From an uncultured Actinomycetota bacterium (GTDB taxonomy: Bacteria > Actinomycetota > Actinomycetes > Actinomycetales > Demequinaceae), in contig CAWHLX010000006.1 in NCBI GenBank assembly GCA_963830335.1, forward strand, positions 237,347 to 301,346: a stretch of 64,000 nt of DNA, in the 5' to 3' direction. Positions 37,961-47,269 of this stretch are shown in pieces. Position numbers and translations under genes: made by a program. The notes below the pieces were generated by a model. It saw nothing but the letters and a program-made list of their open reading frames with translations, did no database searches and was not told where the DNA came from. How positions within the stretch are numbered: position 1 is the stretch's first letter; each line of letters opens with the position of its first letter.

Positions 37961-38034
37961 GGGCCCGTAGCTCAGTTGGTTAGAGCACTGCGCTTACACC
38001 GCAGGTGTCATCGGTTCGAGTCCGGTCGGGCCCA
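37961..38034 (+). tRNA. tRNA-Val (anticodon TAC)
   Basis: Cloverleaf folded by hand: acceptor GGGCCCG/CGGGCCC, anticodon loop CTTACAC, T-loop TTCGAGT, 74 nt. Confidence 0.9.
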
Positions 38035-38049
38035 CGGGAGGTGTACGTG

Positions 38050-38815
38050 ATGGGTGTCAGGGAGTTGACGAGCGGGCAGAATTACGCCGCGTACGCGAAG
38101 CGTTTCGACGGGCTCATGCTCGTCCTCGCCGCGGCCTTCCTCGTCATCTGGACGTACGACTCGCTCGACGCGGACTTCTTCCCCTACATCGACGACGCGC
38201 TCAAGATCGCGCGCGTCGCGATCTGGGTCGTCTTCGGCGTCGACTTGGTCATCCGCATCGTGATCGCCAAGAGTTCATGGAGGTTCGTCCTCAAGCATCC
38301 GCTCGACGTCCTCGTCGTCATCATTCCCCCGCTTCGGCCGCTCAAGATCCTGACCGTCTTCGCCACCGGAACCCGGATGGTCACCCGCGCGGGCCTCGTT
38401 AAGTCCGGGCAGGCCGTCATCGCGTCCGCCGCGCTCCTCATTTGGGTGGGCGCGGTCGCGGAGTTCAACTTCGAACACAAGGCCGCCGGCGCGGTGATCA
38501 CTCACTTCAGCGATGCGCTGTGGTGGTCGGTGACGACCATCACGACCGTGGGCTACGGCGACTTCTACCCGGTAACCCTCGAAGGCCGCATCGTCGCGAG
38601 CGGGGCTCATGTTCTCCGGCATCGCGCTCCTCGGCGTCGTCACCGCATCGGCCGCCGCGTGGTTCGTCCGCCTCACGAGCGCGGAGTCCGAAGACAAGGC
38701 GCTCGCCGTCGAGCGGCGCAAGGCGACGGACGAACACCGGATCGCCGCGCGGATGGAGGGCCTCGAGGCGAAGATCGACCGGCTGCTGGAACGGGAAGAG
38801 GGGTCGCAACGGTAG
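38050..38815 (+). pseudogene. voltage-gated-type potassium channel (ion transport protein), frame broken by one extra G in the GGGG run at 38602-38605
   Basis: S1-S6 topology and the selectivity filter TTVGYGD. The post-filter helix [20 protein letters not shown] and the C-terminus continue in the +1 frame (ORF 38609..38815). Confidence 0.8.
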
Positions 38816-38825
38816 GTTGGACGCC

Positions 38826-39659
38826 ATGACCACGGTGGGAGAGATCGTCGCGATCCTCGACCGGTACTTCCCGCCTCGGCTCGCCGAGGAGTGGGACGCC
38901 CCCGGCCTGTCGGTGGGCGATCCGACCGCCCCCGTCGAACGCGTCTTGTTCGCCGTCGATCCCGTCATGGCCGTGGCCGACGAGGCCGCGGACTGGTCCG
39001 CGACGATGCTCGTCACCCATCACCCGCTCATGCTTCGCGGCGTCACGTCCGTCGCGGCCAACACGGGCAAGGGCGCCGTCGTGCACCGCCTGATCCTTGC
39101 CGGATGCGCGCTCTACTCGGCGCACACCAACGCGGACGCCGCCAGCCCGGGCGTCGCGGACGCGCTCGCCGAGGCGATCGGCCTGACGAAGACCCACCCG
39201 CTCGTGCCCGACGGCGCCGAACCCGCGCTCGGAACGGGTCGCGTCGGCTCGCTCACGACCCCCGCGACGCTCCGGCAGTTTGCCCAGACGGTCGCTGACG
39301 CGCTTCCCGCCACCGCCCCAGGCGTCCGGGTGGCGGGGGACCTCGACGCCCTCATCCGGACGGTCGCGGTGCTCGGCGGCTCGGGGGGATCGTTCCTGGA
39401 GGCCGCGTGCGTGGCGGATGTCGACGCGTACGTTACCGCCGACCTGCGCCACCACCCCGCGTCGGAGGCCAGGGAACTCGCCCTCCTGACCGACGGGCGG
39501 CCCGCGCTCGTCGACGTCAGCCACTTCGCGTCCGAATGGCTCTGGCTGGACGCTGCCGCGGCGCGCCTGAAGGCCGAGGCCGGCGTCGAGACGAGGGTCA
39601 GCACCCTGAACACCGACCCGTGGACGGGACGCTTCGGCGCTTCCGCCCCGGATGCCTGA
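38826..39659 (+). CDS. Nif3-like dinuclear metal center protein
   Basis: [26 protein letters not shown]...[12 protein letters not shown] is a typical Nif3/YbgI N-terminus. Confidence 0.88.
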   Translation: MTTVGEIVAILDRYFPPRLAEEWDAPGLSVGDPTAPVERVLFAVDPVMAVADEAADWSATMLVTHHPLMLRGVTSVAANTGKGAVVHRLILAGCALYSAHTNADAASPGVADALAEAIGLTKTHPLVPDGAEPALGTGRVGSLTTPATLRQFAQTVADALPATAPGVRVAGDLDALIRTVAVLGGSGGSFLEAACVADVDAYVTADLRHHPASEARELALLTDGRPALVDVSHFASEWLWLDAAAARLKAEAGVETRVSTLNTDPWTGRFGASAPDA

Positions 39660-39668
39660 GGAGGACTC

Positions 39669-40400
39669 GTGCCCACCGCCCCCGCCGCCGACCAGGTGCG
39701 GCTCCTTGCCGTCCAGGAACTCGATCTTCACCTGCAGCAGGCCCACCACCGCAGGGACACGCTTCCCGTCCTCGCGACCATCGCCGAACTTGAGGGCGAG
39801 GCGGGAGAGCTCGGCGACCACATCATCGCGCTGTCGACCGATGCGGGCGACATACGCCGCGAGGTCACCAAGGCGGAGGATGACGTGCAGAACGTCCGGG
39901 CGCGCGCGGAACGAGATCGCGCGAAGCTGGACTCGGGCAACGCGAGCGCGAAGGACCTTCAGGCGCTCCAGAGCGAGGTTGTGGCGCTCGCCAAGCGCCA
40001 GGGCGATCTCGAGGATGTCGAACTCGAGGCGATGGAACGACTCGAGGTCGCCGATGAGGTCCTTGCCACCGCGAAGGCGCGGGCACTCGAGATCGAGGCG
40101 GCACTCGTGCAGGCGGTAGCAGAGAGGGACGCGGCCTTCGCCGTCATCGACGCGGAGATCGCGGGACTGACGGCCGAGCGCGTCGCCGCCGCGGGTGGGA
40201 TCGACGCGGGCCTCATGGCGCTTTATGAGAAGCTCCGCGCATCTCACGGCGGCATCGGGGCCGCCGTCCTTGAGGGGATCCAGTGCCAGGGCTGCCACAT
40301 GAACGTCAACCCGGGCGACCTCGCGAACATGCAGGCCGCGTCGGCGGACGAGGTGTTGCGCTGCGAGGAATGCGGAACCATCCTCGTTCGGGCGGTCTAG
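39669..40400 (+). CDS. zinc-ribbon domain protein (COG1579/DUF164, Rv2229c-like)
   Basis: A coiled-coil body followed by the C-terminal CQGCHMNV...RCEECGTILV zinc ribbon. Confidence 0.85.
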   Translation: MPTAPAADQVRLLAVQELDLHLQQAHHRRDTLPVLATIAELEGEAGELGDHIIALSTDAGDIRREVTKAEDDVQNVRARAERDRAKLDSGNASAKDLQALQSEVVALAKRQGDLEDVELEAMERLEVADEVLATAKARALEIEAALVQAVAERDAAFAVIDAEIAGLTAERVAAAGGIDAGLMALYEKLRASHGGIGAAVLEGIQCQGCHMNVNPGDLANMQAASADEVLRCEECGTILVRAV

Positions 40401-40402
40401 TC

Positions 40403-40873
40403 GTGCGGAGGCTCATCGTCGAGGCCGACGGGGGATCGCGCGGCAACCCAGGCCCCGCGGGCTACGGCGCCCTCGTGCGCGACGCCGCGACGGGCGAGAT
40501 CCTTGCCGAGCGGGCGGGCTACCTGGGCATCGCCACCAACAACGTCGCCGAGTATCGCGGGCTCGTCGCCGGGCTCCGCGCCGCGCGGGGCATCGATCCC
40601 ACCGCCGCCATCGACGTGCGCCTGGACTCCAAGCTCCTCGTGGAGCAGATGTCCGGGCGGTGGAAAGTCAAGCATCCGGATATGCGGACGCTCGCGGCCA
40701 TCGCGAGGGGTGTCGCCGCGGGCGCGACGGTGACCTATACGTGGCATCCGCGCGCGCGCAATTCCGACGCCGACACGCTCGCCAATGAGGCGATGGACCA
40801 CGAGTCGCCGTCGATCCGGCGCGGGCACGGCGCGGAGGGCAGGGACGAGGAGGACGACCTTGGCCTCTTCTGA
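40403..40873 (+). CDS. ribonuclease H (RNase HI-type domain; N-terminal half of an Rv2228c-like bifunctional protein)
   Basis: VEADGGSRGNPGPAGYGA...NNVAEYRGL...DSKLLVEQMSGRWKVKHPDM is closely alignable to the Rv2228c N-terminal domain. Confidence 0.85.
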   Translation: MRRLIVEADGGSRGNPGPAGYGALVRDAATGEILAERAGYLGIATNNVAEYRGLVAGLRAARGIDPTAAIDVRLDSKLLVEQMSGRWKVKHPDMRTLAAIARGVAAGATVTYTWHPRARNSDADTLANEAMDHESPSIRRGHGAEGRDEEDDLGLF

Positions 40874-41681
40874 CGGCGCGGACGAACCGCGCGGCACCAC
40901 GGCCGACGATCCCTACGTCGAAATCATCGGCGGGGACGACACCCCCCTCGAGACGGCGGCGAACCGGGGGAGCGCGCTCTTCGCGATCAAGGGCGTGGGA
41001 CTGGTAAGCCCCCTTACTCTCGTCTTCGTCCGCCACGGCGTGACGGACATGACCGTCACCCACGCCCTGTCGGGCTCGTCCACGCCCGGTCCGCCGCTCA
41101 ACGCCAAGGGCCGCATCCAGGCGGCGAAGGCCGCGGACGCGGTCTATCGCATCGGCCGCGGATCCTGGGATCGGGTGCCGATGGTCAGCCGCATCCTCGC
41201 CTCGCCGATGACCCGCGCGCAGGACACCGCCGCGGCGCTGTCGCGGAGGCTGGGCATCGCCGTCGAGGTGGAGGACCGGCTGAGGGAGATTGACTTCGGC
41301 GAGTGGGAGGGGCTGACGGGCAACGAGATCGCCGAGCGCTTCGGCGACGCGATCCACCGGTGGCGCTTCGGCGAGTACGCGGCTCCGGGCGGGGAATCCT
41401 TCCCCGACGTCGGCGCGCGGCTTGACTCGCTCCTGGGCGACCTTGCGGCCGGGCATGCGGCCCTGTGCGCCGCGGGCGAGGACGTGCCCCGCGCCTACGC
41501 CCTCGCCTCGCACGCCGTCGCGATCAAGTCCGCCATCGGGGTGTCGATGAAGATGGACGCCTCGGCCTGGGGCTCGATCTGGCCGCAGCCTGCCTCGATG
41601 AGCATCCTGGAACTCCGGGTAACGACCCGCGGCTCGATTGCCGAGCGCCACCTGTTGTGTCTCGGCCAGCCGGTCGAATAG
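40860..41681 (+). CDS. histidine phosphatase family protein (CobC/acid phosphatase-like; C-terminal half of Rv2228c-like protein)
   Basis: RHG motif (LVFVRHGVTDMT). It lies in the +1 frame relative to the RNase H ORF. The only nearby start is TTG 40860, so a fused gene with a 1-nt insertion is equally likely. Confidence 0.7.
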   Translation: MASSDGADEPRGTTADDPYVEIIGGDDTPLETAANRGSALFAIKGVGLVSPLTLVFVRHGVTDMTVTHALSGSSTPGPPLNAKGRIQAAKAADAVYRIGRGSWDRVPMVSRILASPMTRAQDTAAALSRRLGIAVEVEDRLREIDFGEWEGLTGNEIAERFGDAIHRWRFGEYAAPGGESFPDVGARLDSLLGDLAAGHAALCAAGEDVPRAYALASHAVAIKSAIGVSMKMDASAWGSIWPQPASMSILELRVTTRGSIAERHLLCLGQPVE

Positions 41682-41701
41682 GTTGCGATCCAGGAGGCGA
41701 C

Positions 41702-42265
41702 ATGTCGACGGTGTGGAGAGGGTCAGAGGTTCTGTGGCGCGAGCCGTGGAGTTCGGTCGCCGGGCGGACGATTCGGCGCGGGGTGATCGCTGCGCTCGCC
41801 CTCCTGCTGTCCGGTCTTCCCGGAACGGCGTGGACGGGGATCTCGCCGTACACGTGGCTTCGCATTCCCCTCGCGATCATCGGCGTGCTCTGGGGCCTCT
41901 TGTTCGTCCTCGCCATTGCGAACGTCGCGAGGCGTCGTCGCGTCGTGCTGATGGTGATGGGTACCGGATCCGTCGAGCGGCCGCGTTCCATCCAGGAGGC
42001 GTGGCTGCGTCGCCCCCAGGAGGTCGTGATGGGGCGCACGATCACCGTGACGCCGCCCGCGTCGTCGTACCGCATCACCCGCGCTGAACCGTACGTCGTC
42101 CTCTCGGGCGAGGGCGCCATCAAGGGCGTGCCCCTGTTCCGGACCGATCCCGCGGACTTCGTGGAGCGGGTCAACGCGATCTCCCGCGGGCGCGGGGTCA
42201 CCTTCGTCCTCGCCGAGCCCGCCGCCGAGCCTCCCGCCAACCCCGCGCCCGCCGCCGACGCCTAG
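41702..42265 (+). CDS. hypothetical membrane protein (2 TM) with soluble C-terminal domain
   Basis: A 187-aa ORF from ATG 41702 with hydrophobic helices at residues of about 25-75 and high GC3. Confidence 0.55.
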   Translation: MSTVWRGSEVLWREPWSSVAGRTIRRGVIAALALLLSGLPGTAWTGISPYTWLRIPLAIIGVLWGLLFVLAIANVARRRRVVLMVMGTGSVERPRSIQEAWLRRPQEVVMGRTITVTPPASSYRITRAEPYVVLSGEGAIKGVPLFRTDPADFVERVNAISRGRGVTFVLAEPAAEPPANPAPAADA

Positions 42266-42374
42266 GGCCCTCCTCCGCGCAGACCCGCGCCGCGCTCCAG
42301 CCTCAAGCCCGCCGCCGACGCCTAGCCTGCCGCCAACGCCGAGCCCCAGCCCCGCGCCCGCCGCCGACGCCTGG
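42248..42374. repeat. degenerate direct repeats built on CCCGCCGCCGACGCCTAG (gene 3' end copied about 3 times)
   Basis: Copies at 42248-42265 (includes the stop of the 41702 gene), 42308-42325 and 42357-42374 (variant CTGG). Confidence 0.75.
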
Positions 42375-42615
42375 GGCCCGCCTCCGCGTGGCTTGCCGCC
42401 TCCGCGCACCTTCCCTCCTCCGCGTGGCTTGCCGCGCCCCGCGCCCGCAATAGCCAGGGCAACGGCACCGGACCCCGTTTCCGGTTGAAGCGTCCCTGCC
42501 GACAATTGACCGCCGCTTTCGGCGGCAAACGGGGCAAGGTTGTCTGCAGGCGCGCGCTGACTGGCTCTTCCGGCCCGAAGCGGGGCGGGATTGTCTGCAG
42601 GGACTCCCCGGCGTC

Positions 42616-42669
42616 GCCGACGCCTAGCCGCGGGCCGACGCCTAGCCGTGGGCCGACGCCTGCCGCGGG
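42616..42669. repeat. 18-bp tandem repeat x3 (GCCGACGCCTAGCCGyGG) ending about 20 nt before the rnpB 5' end
   Basis: Units at 42616-42633, 42634-42651 and 42652-42669 (the third is degenerate). They share the core CCGACGCCTAG with the repeats at 42248-42374. Confidence 0.8.
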
Positions 42670-42690
42670 CGTAGGGCGCGTACCCTGGCA

Positions 42691-43078
42691 GGCGGATGAG
42701 TCGGCCAGGCGGCCGCGTCGCCGGGTAACCGGCGCCGAGGAACGTCCGGGCTCCGCAGGGCAGGGTGGTGGCTAACGACCACCTGGGGCGACCCACGGGA
42801 CAGTGCCACAGAAAATAACCGCCTCCAAGCGTTCTTCGGAACGCAGGGAGGTAAGGGTGAAAAGGTGAGGTAAGAGCTCACCGCGTCGGTGGCGACATCG
42901 GCGGTCACGGCAAACCCCACCCGGAGCAAGGTCAGACAGGATGCGTTCGAGGGCGGCCCGCCCGAGCATCCGGGTAGGCCGCTAGAGGCGCACGGCAACG
43001 TGCGTCGTAGATGGATGGCCGCCGGCCGCGCCGCAAGGCGCGGTCACAGAACCCGGCGTATCGGCCGACTCATCCGCC
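42691..43078 (+). ncRNA. rnpB: RNase P RNA, bacterial type A
   Basis: P1 pairing GGCGGATGAGTCGGCC...GGCCGACTCATCCGCC. Conserved blocks GAGGAACGTCCGGGCTCC, ACAGAAAATAACCGCC, GGTAAGGGTGAAAAGGTG, GTAAGAGCTCACC and ACAGAACCCGGCGTATCGGCC. Confidence 0.93.
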
Positions 43079-43090
43079 CCTAAGGGGTGC

Positions 43091-44350
43091 CTAGGCCTCT
43101 TTCGAGAAAGCGATCTTGTACCGAATGAGGTCGCGATCGAGGCTCGACTGCCCGTGGTTGTGGCGCGTGAGGTAGAGGTAGGCGTGTTCGCCGGTGGTGT
43201 CGTAGTTGAGCGACGTGCTGGACGGGTCGAGGAAGGTCGGGTAGAGGTACGACAGGTCCGTCCCGCTGTTTCCGACGGTCCACGGCAGCGGCACCTCCAT
43301 GAGGAGCTTGCGCGGGGTCCAGTGGGCCAGGTCCCCCGAGAACGAGTAGTAGACGCCCCACACCTCGCGCCCGTCGATGGTGTCGGCGCATAGTCCGGTC
43401 ATCACGTACTGCCCGAGGTATTCGTTGTACGAGATCGATTCATTGGTCCCAGCGCCAAGGCTCGTCGTCTGGAACGGCGGGCACGTGTGATCGCCGGGCG
43501 CGTCAGTCACGACCCTGTACGGGTCAACGAAGGCGCCGACGTACTCGGTGCCGTTCCAGTAGCGCCACGACGTCGGGTCGTCGAGGTCGTCGGTGCGCAT
43601 GGCGCAGTCGTACTGCCGCTGCGTAGTCGCGAGGATGACGTTGGCGTACGCGTAGTAGTACCCGTCGGGGCCCTTGATGATGTTGCTCGGTTCGCGAATG
43701 CCGTCCGGCCCGATTCCCGCCTCGTACTTCACCGGCAGTCGCGCGACGAGGTGGCCAGGGGCCGGTGCTGCGTCGGCGAAGTGGTAGCCGCCATCGGTTG
43801 AGACCGCGAGGGTGACGGAGTTGTCCCAGCACGCGAAGTTGTCGGGCAGGCCGCAAGCGCCGTGTTCCCAGCCGTGATACTCGTTGTGGACGAGCGCGTA
43901 CACGGTCTTGCCATCCTCGGTGTACGTGCCGGAGATCCACTCTGCATCGTTGTACTTCGAGGGATCCCCGTCGGCGTCCGAGGTCATGATCGGGTTGCAG
44001 TCCGGGGCGAGGTCATCAAGGCTCGGGCCCGTCATCGCGAACATCGTGATGTGCGCGATGGTGAGGTGGGTGGTGCCGGAGCTGTCCCTCCATGCGCGCG
44101 CCGGCAAGTCGGGAATGTTGAGGTCCTGGCAGCGGTCCGTCGCCCAATCGAAGACCACCTCGGGATCGCCCGCAACTACGACGGTGGCGTCGGGGTACGC
44201 CGGGTCCGCTGCGGGGGGAGCGGCGAGCGTGGCACCCGTGGCGGTCGGGCTCGCGGAGGGCTCGGCCGAAGGGGGGGTGGTGGGCCCGGGCTCGGAGCAC
44301 GCGGACAGAGCCAGGACAGCCCCGGCCAAAGCTAGCGCTACGCGACGCAT
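43091..44350 (-). CDS. secreted lipoprotein of unknown function
   Basis: Signal peptide plus lipobox (VLALSAC), then a Pro/Ala/Thr linker. A 419-aa globular domain with several Cys pairs. No family recognised. Confidence 0.65.
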   Translation of the reverse strand: MRRVALALAGAVLALSACSEPGPTTPPSAEPSASPTATGATLAAPPAADPAYPDATVVVAGDPEVVFDWATDRCQDLNIPDLPARAWRDSSGTTHLTIAHITMFAMTGPSLDDLAPDCNPIMTSDADGDPSKYNDAEWISGTYTEDGKTVYALVHNEYHGWEHGACGLPDNFACWDNSVTLAVSTDGGYHFADAAPAPGHLVARLPVKYEAGIGPDGIREPSNIIKGPDGYYYAYANVILATTQRQYDCAMRTDDLDDPTSWRYWNGTEYVGAFVDPYRVVTDAPGDHTCPPFQTTSLGAGTNESISYNEYLGQYVMTGLCADTIDGREVWGVYYSFSGDLAHWTPRKLLMEVPLPWTVGNSGTDLSYLYPTFLDPSSTSLNYDTTGEHAYLYLTRHNHGQSSLDRDLIRYKIAFSKEA

Positions 44351-44523
44351 TTGACGATCGTGGCAAGACCCGTGCGATTGCGCAACCGTGGAGCCAGGGA
44401 AAGCACCGTGCAGCGGGGAGGCGTCTCGCTAGCCCGCGACCACCCTGTTCGGCGAGGCAGTTCACTTGTATGATCGAAGCATTCCTATATGTGGCAACAG
44501 ATTCTGATAATCGGAAGGCACCC

Positions 44524-46239
44524 ATGGCGACGCTCCGAAGTGACCAGTGGTACGGCGGGGACGATCGCAACAGCTACATCCATCGGGCCTGGATGCGCCG
44601 GGGCTACCCCGGCAACGCGTTCGATGGCAGGCCCCAAATCGCGATTGCCAATACGGCCTCCGACTTCACGCCGTGCAACATGCACCTGAACGAGGTCGCG
44701 CAGTCCGTCAAGAACGGCGTCTACGAGGCCGGAGGCATCCCGCTCGATCTTCCCGTCGTGTCGCTTGGTGAGACTCAGGTCCGACCGACGGCCATGCTCT
44801 GGCGCAACATGGCTGCCATGGCGATCGAGGAGATGCTGCGCGCGAACCCGATCGACGGCGTCGTCCTGCTCGGCGGATGCGACAAGACCATCCCGTCGCT
44901 CCTGATGGCCGCGGCCTCCGTTGACCTGCCCTCGGTGGTCATCCCCGGCGGCCCGATGCTGACGGGAACCTTCCAGGGGCGCCCGCTCGGGTGCGGGACC
45001 GACGTCTTCAAGCTCTCGGAGGAGGTGCGCGCGGGGACGGTCTCGCGCGAGGACTTCTCGGCCAGCGAGTCGGCGATGATCCGCTCGAAGGGCCACTGCA
45101 ACACGATGGGGACCGCGTCCACGATGGGGCTCCTGGCCGAGGCCCTCGGCATGGTCCTCCCCGGCACGGCGGGGACGCCCGCGCCCGACAGCCGCCTTCT
45201 CGAGGCGTCGCACGCGGCGGGCCGCCTCGCGGTCGAGATGGTCGAGCGGGACCGCAGGCCCAGTACCATCCTCGGCCAGGGCTCCTTCCACAACGCGATC
45301 GTCGCGCTCGCCGCGATCGGCGGCTCCACCAACGCGGTGGTGCACCTGCTCGCCATCGCGGGGCGGCTCGGCGTTGAGCTCACGCTCGAGGACTTCGACC
45401 GCATCGGGTCGCGGGTCCCGCTGCTCGTGGACCTGCTGCCCTCGGGGCGCTTCCTCATGGACGACCTGTACCGTGCGGGAGGACTCCTCGCGGTGCTGCG
45501 CGAGGTTACGGACCTTCTAGACCCCGCCGCGCTGACCGTCACCGGGCGGCCGCTCGTGGAGCACCTCGCCGATGCCCAGATCTGGGACCGCGAGGTGATC
45601 CGGCCACGCGGGGAGCCCATCCTCGACGAGGGCGGGATCGCCGTGCTTCGCGGCAACCTAGCGCCCGACGGCGCGGTCATCAAGCCCGCCGCCGCGTCGC
45701 CCCGCCTCCTCAAGCACCGAGGAAAGGCGGTCGTGTTCGACAGCATCGAGGACTTCCACGCCAGGATCGACGACCCGGACCTTGAGGTCGACGCCGATTC
45801 GGTGATGGTCCTCAGGGGTTGCGGGCCGAAGGGCTACCCGGGCATGCCCGAGGTGTCCAACATGCCGATGCCCATCAAGCTCGTCGAGGCGGGCGTGCGC
45901 GACATGGTCCGCATCTGCGACGGACGCATGAGCGGCACGGCGTACGGGACGGTGGTGCTGCACGTCGCCCCGGAGGCGGCGGCGGGGGGCCCGCTCGCCC
46001 TGGTAGAGAACGGCGACTGGATCGAACTCGACGTAGAGGCGCGAAGCCTCACGCTGGACGTCCCGGAGGAGGAGTTGGCCGCGCGGAGCCCCAGCGTCGC
46101 CACCACGGGCGCCTACGCCGCGCCGACGCGAGGGTGGGAACGCCTCTACGTCGATCACGTCATGCAGGCGAACACGGGCGCTGACCTCGACTTCCTCCTC
46201 GGGGCGAGCGGCTCGGGCGTATCGAGGGAGTCGCATTGA
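44524..46239 (+). CDS. IlvD/Edd family sugar-acid dehydratase (pentonate/hexonate dehydratase-like)
   Basis: The family N-terminus LRSDQWYGG.DRNSYIHRAWMRRG, CDKTIPSLLMAAA, and the C-terminal GAD..FL are present. Start at ATG 44524. Confidence 0.88.
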   Translation: MATLRSDQWYGGDDRNSYIHRAWMRRGYPGNAFDGRPQIAIANTASDFTPCNMHLNEVAQSVKNGVYEAGGIPLDLPVVSLGETQVRPTAMLWRNMAAMAIEEMLRANPIDGVVLLGGCDKTIPSLLMAAASVDLPSVVIPGGPMLTGTFQGRPLGCGTDVFKLSEEVRAGTVSREDFSASESAMIRSKGHCNTMGTASTMGLLAEALGMVLPGTAGTPAPDSRLLEASHAAGRLAVEMVERDRRPSTILGQGSFHNAIVALAAIGGSTNAVVHLLAIAGRLGVELTLEDFDRIGSRVPLLVDLLPSGRFLMDDLYRAGGLLAVLREVTDLLDPAALTVTGRPLVEHLADAQIWDREVIRPRGEPILDEGGIAVLRGNLAPDGAVIKPAAASPRLLKHRGKAVVFDSIEDFHARIDDPDLEVDADSVMVLRGCGPKGYPGMPEVSNMPMPIKLVEAGVRDMVRICDGRMSGTAYGTVVLHVAPEAAAGGPLALVENGDWIELDVEARSLTLDVPEEELAARSPSVATTGAYAAPTRGWERLYVDHVMQANTGADLDFLLGASGSGVSRESH

Positions 46240-46287
46240 TGCCGCGGGCGCGAGGGGCGCTGATTTGCTCATGGAGCCGAGCCGCGC

Positions 46288-47217
46288 ATGAAGCGGACCC
46301 GCCCTCCCGTTGACGCGGTCGCCGCTGTCCCGGTGAGCGTCGTCCCGGGGACCGAGCGCCTGATGGCGCTCGGCGAGGGGCCGACGTGGGACGCGGGCGC
46401 AGGACTCGCGCGCTGGGTGGACATCAAGAACGGGCGGCTGTTTGAGGCGCGGGTCGAGGGCCGGACACTCGGGACGCCGCGAGTAGCACTGACCGTCGAC
46501 GGCACGCTCGGCTCCGCCGTTCACGCCGGAGGGGGCGGCCTTCTCCTCGCGACGGCGCGGCACCTGGAGCACCGCGACGCCGCCGGCGCCCTCGTCGGCA
46601 GGGTCGAGGTTGTACCGGAAAGCATGCCGAGCCGCCTGAACGACGGCGCGTGTGATCCCTCGGGCAGATACGTCGTCGGGAGCGTGGCGCTCGACATCAA
46701 GCGGGGAAGGGAGAAGTTGTGGCGCCTCGAGCATGATGGGACCCTCACGGTGATCGACGACGACCTCCTCCTCTCGAACGGCATTGGCTGGAGCCCGAGC
46801 GGCGACGCGATGTATCACGTCGACACCTTTCGCAACGTGGTGCTGCGCCGCACCTACGACGCCGCGACGGGAGCCGTCGGGGGGCGGGAGTCCTTCATCG
46901 AGACGCCGGGCGAGTACCCGGACGGACTGACGGTCGGCGCCGACGGCGACCTGTGGATCGCGTTCTGGGCTTCCGGCGAGGTGCGGCGCTACTCGGCGGG
47001 CGGCGCGCTTCTCGCGACCATCCCCGCGGGGACCCCGCTCACGACGAGCTGCGCCTTCGTCGGCCCCGATCTCGAGCTGTTGCTCATCACCAACGAGGCC
47101 TCCGCACCCGGGGTGGAGCCCACCGCGCGCTCAGGGGCGTTGCTCGCCTGCATCCCCGGCGCGCGCGGCCTGCCCACTCGCGAGTGGCGGCCCACGCCGA
47201 TGGGTCTCCCACGGTGA
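46288..47217 (+). CDS. SMP-30/gluconolactonase/LRE family lactonase
   Basis: Has GEGPTWD, LSNGIGWSPSGDAMYHVDT and PDGLTVGADGDLWIAFW. Confidence 0.85.
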   Translation: MKRTRPPVDAVAAVPVSVVPGTERLMALGEGPTWDAGAGLARWVDIKNGRLFEARVEGRTLGTPRVALTVDGTLGSAVHAGGGGLLLATARHLEHRDAAGALVGRVEVVPESMPSRLNDGACDPSGRYVVGSVALDIKRGREKLWRLEHDGTLTVIDDDLLLSNGIGWSPSGDAMYHVDTFRNVVLRRTYDAATGAVGGRESFIETPGEYPDGLTVGADGDLWIAFWASGEVRRYSAGGALLATIPAGTPLTTSCAFVGPDLELLLITNEASAPGVEPTARSGALLACIPGARGLPTREWRPTPMGLPR

Positions 47218-47269
47218 CCACCTGCCACGCCGACCACCCGCCCGACACGACGAGCCGCTGGAGAACCTC

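Noticed and set aside
42248-42690. Tandem and dispersed repeats considered as a possible CRISPR array
   Set aside because: The units are 18-21 nt, directly abutting or irregularly spaced, degenerate, and without unique spacers of constant length. There are no cas genes in the window.
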